Part shown: in pieces, positions 58,797 through 64,000 of the stretch
Position numbering within the stretch: the stretch's first letter is position 1
How the letters are laid out: each line of letters starts with the position of its first letter
Assembly (NCBI RefSeq): GCF_006345805.1
Contig: NC_042997.1
Coordinates: 165,602,001-165,666,000 of the forward strand
Length of the DNA stretch: 64,000 nt
Direction of reading: 5' to 3'
From: Octopus sinensis
Taxonomy: Eukaryota
Notes under the pieces: model-generated
What the model saw: only the letters and a program-made list of their open reading frames with translations
Told to the model about the DNA's origin: nothing
The model's database searches: none
Program-made: the position numbers and the translations under genes

Positions 58797-59030
58797 TGTG
58801 GTCAGTGGCTAGACCTTAAAAGGTCTGGAACCGAAAGACCTCGGCACAATGTGAAGCTAGAATTTTATAGGGTGCAGTCGGCTCACTGGAGGTTTAGAAG
58901 AGACTGTCTCATGTGACCTTATCAGAAGGCTGCGATTGGTTGGGTTGCCTATTGGCGCGCAATAGAGCAAGAGACAAGTTGGGCCAATACCAACCAATCA
59001 AAATAGTGGACACAACAGGGTTCATAAGGG
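58230..59030 (-). mobile_element. LTR-like repeat related to 29328-30247
   Basis: Shared CCAAT-, TATA- and AATAAA-containing blocks; ends uncertain. Confidence 0.45.
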
Positions 59031-59078
59031 TGGCCGAGGGCTAGCTGTTATCTACTACGTCCATATTTATGTATATAT

Positions 59079-59127
<49 letters not shown>

Positions 59128-60379
59128 GAATTTCCCTCAAGCGTACGCTACACATTCTAGTGTAAATTGTCAATCCATTGCAGTATTTACATTTCAAAAT
59201 GATCATCTTTCGCCTTCACCTGCAAACAAGTGGTCCCAGAAGAGTCTGTGTGCACACAAGTCCGTGTAGAATTGTGGGAAAATGCAGGAGCTGATCTTCA
59301 GGACGGGAGACGAAAGAGTTTGGCTTTTGAAAATGTAGCTGCTTGTGGGCTTTCATAGTTCCATCCATGTAGTTTTGTGCAAAACAGATACTTGTTGGTG
59401 CAGATTCCAAATGTATGTCCCGGAGAGACTTGCAGAGATGCAATCTGGTTGTTCTGCAGCATGAGTCGCAGTTGCCTGCACTGTCTTCGTTGGTAAGATG
59501 CGTGTTGTCACCACTTGGACTGCGGAATTTCGATAAGGGACTGCATTTTTTGTTTCCCTCATTGGTTCATGGATCTATCTTGGTAAAGTTGTGTAGAACA
59601 TGTTGAAGAAGAATTCATATGAGTTCCCCACCCACCAGCAGAATTTAAGTTTAAAGACTTCGGATTCTCCGGAAATGTAACAAAGATATTTTTCTGATAT
59701 ATGCAATTCAAACTTTCGTCTGGTGTAATTCGATCTTCGTCTCTAATTGTAGAAAGTTGCATGTTTGTACGAGGAGAAGGTAGCTATTCCTTAGTCGAGG
59801 GCATCAATTTTAACAATGAAATATTAGATCCAATTTTAACAGTTTACTAGATGTACTCGTGACCCGTTCGACCACAACCACTCCAAGTTGAAAATGTCGA
59901 TGCGCGGCGGCAAAGGAAAAAATACTATTTTATTTAAAATAGTAATCTTTATCATCTTAATCAAATTTCAGAAAAACAGACAGAGAGTCCTTTCCGAGGG
60001 TTTATTTCAAATTCCATGTTATACCTATAGAAGCCATCCGACAGCACAAGGAGGAAACATAGTCCAAAATTTTCGTAATGCAATTACAGATTAAGGGAGG
60101 AAGAAAGAGAGCATTGTAATTTTCTCTTTAAGAAAATAAAAATCAAGTTGAAAAGTGTGGCTTTGAAATGCCGATTCACCCCCACCCCCATCCCACCCAG
60201 GTCCCACCCCCATCCCACCCAGGTCCCACCCCTCATTGGAGTCGAGCGAGTGGAATTAGATTACTATGATTTCCTTTTCGAAATAAGAGCCCGCGATCAT
60301 TTCGTAGGGTTATCGCCACCGCAAATCGACATTTTCAACTTGATTTTTTTTTCTTTTTATTTAAAATAAAATTTTAACC

Positions 60380-60550
60380 ATTGCAGTGTAGAAGGTGTTT
60401 ATAAGCCATTTAAGAAATACACACCTGTGCTTCGGAATTTTGTCAGTGAACAGGTCGCGACGAAAATATTTTGACAAATTAAATTTAAATGTTGAAGTGA
60501 ATCTGACTTTGTGTGTTTCTTAAATGGCTTATAAACACCTATTCTGCAAT
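60380..60550. mobile_element. MITE with about 30-bp TIRs
   Basis: ggtgtttataagccatttaagaaatacaca matches the reverse complement of tgtgtgtttcttaaatggcttataaacacc. Confidence 0.65.
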
Positions 60551-61925
60551 TGTTTTCGTTCCAGCACGTTCTCAGATCAGGTCACTTTGCAAGTACATCA
60601 CCGTAATTCCAAAAAAAATTTAACCTTTATCATCTTAATCAACAGGCAGAAAAACAGAAAGACAAATTTTGTGTTTTAATTTTTTTTATAGATAGATAGA
60701 TAGATAGATACTCATTAAACCAATCTATCGAGGTTCGAAACCAATTATAAATCGAACATTCCCTTCATTACAACATTTTTTGTTTTATTCCTTCCCCCTG
60801 AGGTAAATTCTGATATTATCACAACTTTTTACTCGACTTAGTGCTACATATAAGTAGTCATGATTGCAAACAGGTTCTTTCAAAAATAAAAGAACCTTCT
60901 CCAAAATTTGACCTTGAGGTTTGTGAATCCAGGAGAAAAGATCGTAATAACAATTTCTTTACGACCCACAAGGGGCTACACACAGAGGGAACAAACAAGG
61001 ACAGACAACGGATTAAGTCGATTATATTGACCCCCAGTGCGTAACTGGTACTTAAAATTATCGACCCCGAAAGGATGAAAGGCAAAGTCGACCTCGGTGG
61101 AATTTGAACTCAGAATGTAACGGCAGACGAAATACGACTACGCATTTCGCCCGGCGTGCTAACGTTTCTGCCAGCTCGCCGCCTAAAGGTCGTAATAACA
61201 TTATTTAGAAGGGTGACTTCATTTCTTGAGAGAGGACACATACCCCTCAGGACCACCATCACCCTTGGGTCCGCCCATGGAGTCCATGAGACATATTCTA
61301 GCTCTCGGTTAATATATTTATGGTTATATTTCCGTTGGTATGCTACTTTTAATGCTAACTACACCAAGAGCAATTTCTCAGTGTCTGTAAAGCTTTTAGT
61401 TACATTTCTAGTCAAGTTTAGTTGATTCAAGCTAATGGCTCAGACTTCTTGCGCGGGTTTCTCTATTTCAACAATAATCTTTTTCGGTAAGTCATTAAAA
61501 ACTTGTGCTGCTCCTTTTCCTATCAAATTGTTCGTCTTTCTATACCAGTCTAACATTGGTGAGTGTGTGTGTCTGTGTGTGTGTGCGATTGTGTGTGTGT
61601 ATGTATGTTTGTATACGAATTATATATGTATGTACATGTATGCATATTTTTTTTTTGTATACGTGTATACATCAATGTGTCAATTCTTGTAATACTGGTC
61701 CTGACTGTTGCACTTACACAGACACACACACACATATATATGTGTGTGTGTATGTGTGTGTGAGTGTGTATATAAGTTCAGTAAAATTTAGATTAAGTTG
61801 AATATGGTACTTAAGTTAAAGGCACCAGAATTTAGTATGGTATTATCCATATAATTCAAAATGGGGTGATTATAATCAAAATAAGCAACAAGGATATCCA
61901 GGATATCCTAGTTGCTTATTTTGAT

Positions 61926-62004
<79 letters not shown>

Positions 62005-62014
62005 TACATATATA

Positions 62015-63250
62015 TAAGGGCAAGTATGAAATTTATAGTAAGGTATATGATAAACTTTGACAGCTGCTCATTTTGTGCCATTATTATATTTTGACAATCT
62101 TTATTTTTTGTTAGAAAGCTGATACATCTGTTTCCTTATTCTAACTCATTTTGCGCTTTATAAAGTATTTATAAATCGTTTTTGGCTATTTTTCGTTAGA
62201 GATGGATAAGTCGGAAATTCGTAGTTTTGAAATATGAGTTCTTTCTTGGAAATGCAGCATCACAGACAACTTGGAATATTAATGGAGTATTTCATTCTAA
62301 TGTTATTACACAGCAGACAGGATCAAATTGGTTTGCAAAATTTCGATCTGGTAACTTTAACCTCACAACTGAGCAACGCAGTCGACCAGAAACAAAGGTG
62401 GGCAATGACGAACTGAAAGCTACCGTCGAGTCAGATCCATCTCAAAATGCCCGTGAATTATCGTTGTTGTTTGGTGTTAGCAAGCAAACAATATTGACTT
62501 ACCTATTTCAAATCAGTAAAGTGAAAAAGTTGGATAAGTGGGGTCCACATGAACTCAAGCCTGTATGATGCAACTTTCTCATCACAAAAATGCATCATTT
62601 TTTAATCGAATTGTAAGATGCGATGAGAAATGGATCCAATATAACAACCGTAAACGTTCAGCACAATAGTTGGACTAAGACGAGCCACCAAAAGACAGTC
62701 CAAAAAGAAAAATTCATCAAAAGAAGCTGATGGTATGTGTTTGGTGGTCTGATGCAGGTGTGATCCATTATGATTTCATTAAACCTGGCTCGTCAATCAC
62801 GGCCAAAGTATACTGCGGCTACCTGACCCAAATGATGCAGAAACTTACAAAAAAACAGCCTAGATTAGTCAACAGATCCATTCCTATTTTATTTCAAGAC
62901 AACGCCAGACCACACATTGCAAAAATGACATTGGCGAAACTACAGGAGTTAAAGTTGGAAATTCTCCATCATCCACCAAACTCACCTGATCTACTACTTC
63001 TTCCAGAATTTGGATAACTTTTTGATAGGAAAAAAATTTAATTCCGACGATGCTGTAAAACAGGCCTTTCAAGATTTTATTGACTCTAGATTGCCAGGCT
63101 TTTACAGTTCCGGGCTGGACAAGCTACCGCTGAAATGGCAAACGTGTATTGACAATATGGATGCATGCTTTGATCAATAAAACTATTCCTTGTATTTATA
63201 AAACATTAGCAAACTTCCTTTACTTTTCTACAAATTTCATACTTGACGAA
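62015..63250 (+). mobile_element. Near full-length decayed mariner transposon
   Basis: The TIR core caagtatgaaattt (62021-62034) has its reverse complement at 63232-63245. The transposase starts at ATG 62202 with WFAKFRSG, KLDKWGPHEL, CDEKW, MVCVWW, QDNARPH and HPPNSPDL, broken by stops and frameshifts. Confidence 0.88.
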
Positions 63251-64000
63251 CACTAACACAACCACTAACAATAACATTGACATATTGTATGAAGAAGATA
63301 AGCAAATCCATTTCATATAAAAAATATATAATGCACTATCCTAGTGTGTTTTGAAAGTTGAATGAATATCTTTGATCTTAGGTCTATGAAGATTGACTTT
63401 AGGATACACAGCCACAACAATACGATTAGCAAGAACAATCTGGTGACCGTTCAGTTAACTGTAAACTTTCTTTTCGTCATTCCATCACCTTTTTATCTCA
63501 TTTTTATTATTACACCCAAAGAAATAAGACAATTTTCTGCTCTCCAAAACTAAATCTTTCCTGGACCAATACTACATATTTACTATGGATAATTAATCGC
63601 CGACACTGCAGGATTTGCTAGTGTGGAAGAGAGCAATAAAGTCACAGACCGTGGCGTCCCAGATGAAGCAGCTATCTCTTACCCAGGGACAGAGGGTAAG
63701 ACCATCTGGTCTCTTCCCATCACTTCTGGATAATCCCACTGGCTCCAGAACTGAAGAGATATTAATACAAGCCAGGGCCTGCTAAATGTTAAGTTTAACT
63801 CGGTGTGACAAGCGAAGTGACCAGCATTTAGGCGGGAGGCAGACCGTGAAGACCTGTCGAATCAAGGGGCCTACCACAGCGACATCTCAGTCCCCTACAG
63901 AAGTCAGCTTCCACTCTGAGTGCGATTGAGATGCGGAGCTCATCAAGACTGAGTAGACCTCCAATGCTGGCCACAGCTTGGGCGCGAGAATTTTACACTA

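Noticed and set aside
59845-60710. Helitron-like non-autonomous element (actag.. start, repeated tttatcatcttaatcaa, (TAGA)n end)
   Set aside because: Termini and the 3' hairpin could not be defined with confidence, so it is not listed as a feature.

Overview
AT-rich, microsatellite- and transposon-dense animal DNA. The SINE families and the (TA)n/(CA)n/(TACA)n load look like an octopus (coleoid cephalopod) genome; this is inference only. Two spliced protein-coding genes lie tail-to-tail in the first 21 kb. The first is GLIS2/sugarbabe on + (3 coding exons, 302 aa, five GLI-type zinc fingers, C-terminal PLDLS). The second, on -, is a 5-exon, 861-aa secreted Cys-rich protein: signal peptide, a 6-Cys WAP-like domain and 20 six-Cys pacifastin/half-VWC modules. 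The remaining ~43 kb has no host gene I can support. It is a TE graveyard of mariner/Tc1, Ty3/Gypsy, Tx1/L1, RTE and REL-type LINEs, SINEs, MITEs and Penelope-like ends. The best finding is a 358-bp GC-rich tandem repeat at 43757-44750, embedded in (TA)n. Each unit carries a complete type I hammerhead ribozyme fold with a GUC cleavage triplet, a self-complementary stem III and a CAAACA loop II, i.e. a candidate octopus non-LTR retrozyme, and one unit is inverted. Decayed minimal hammerheads also occur at Penelope-like ends. Three very young inverted duplications sit at about 28, 44 and 58 kb. All alignments were done by eye; no database search was possible.
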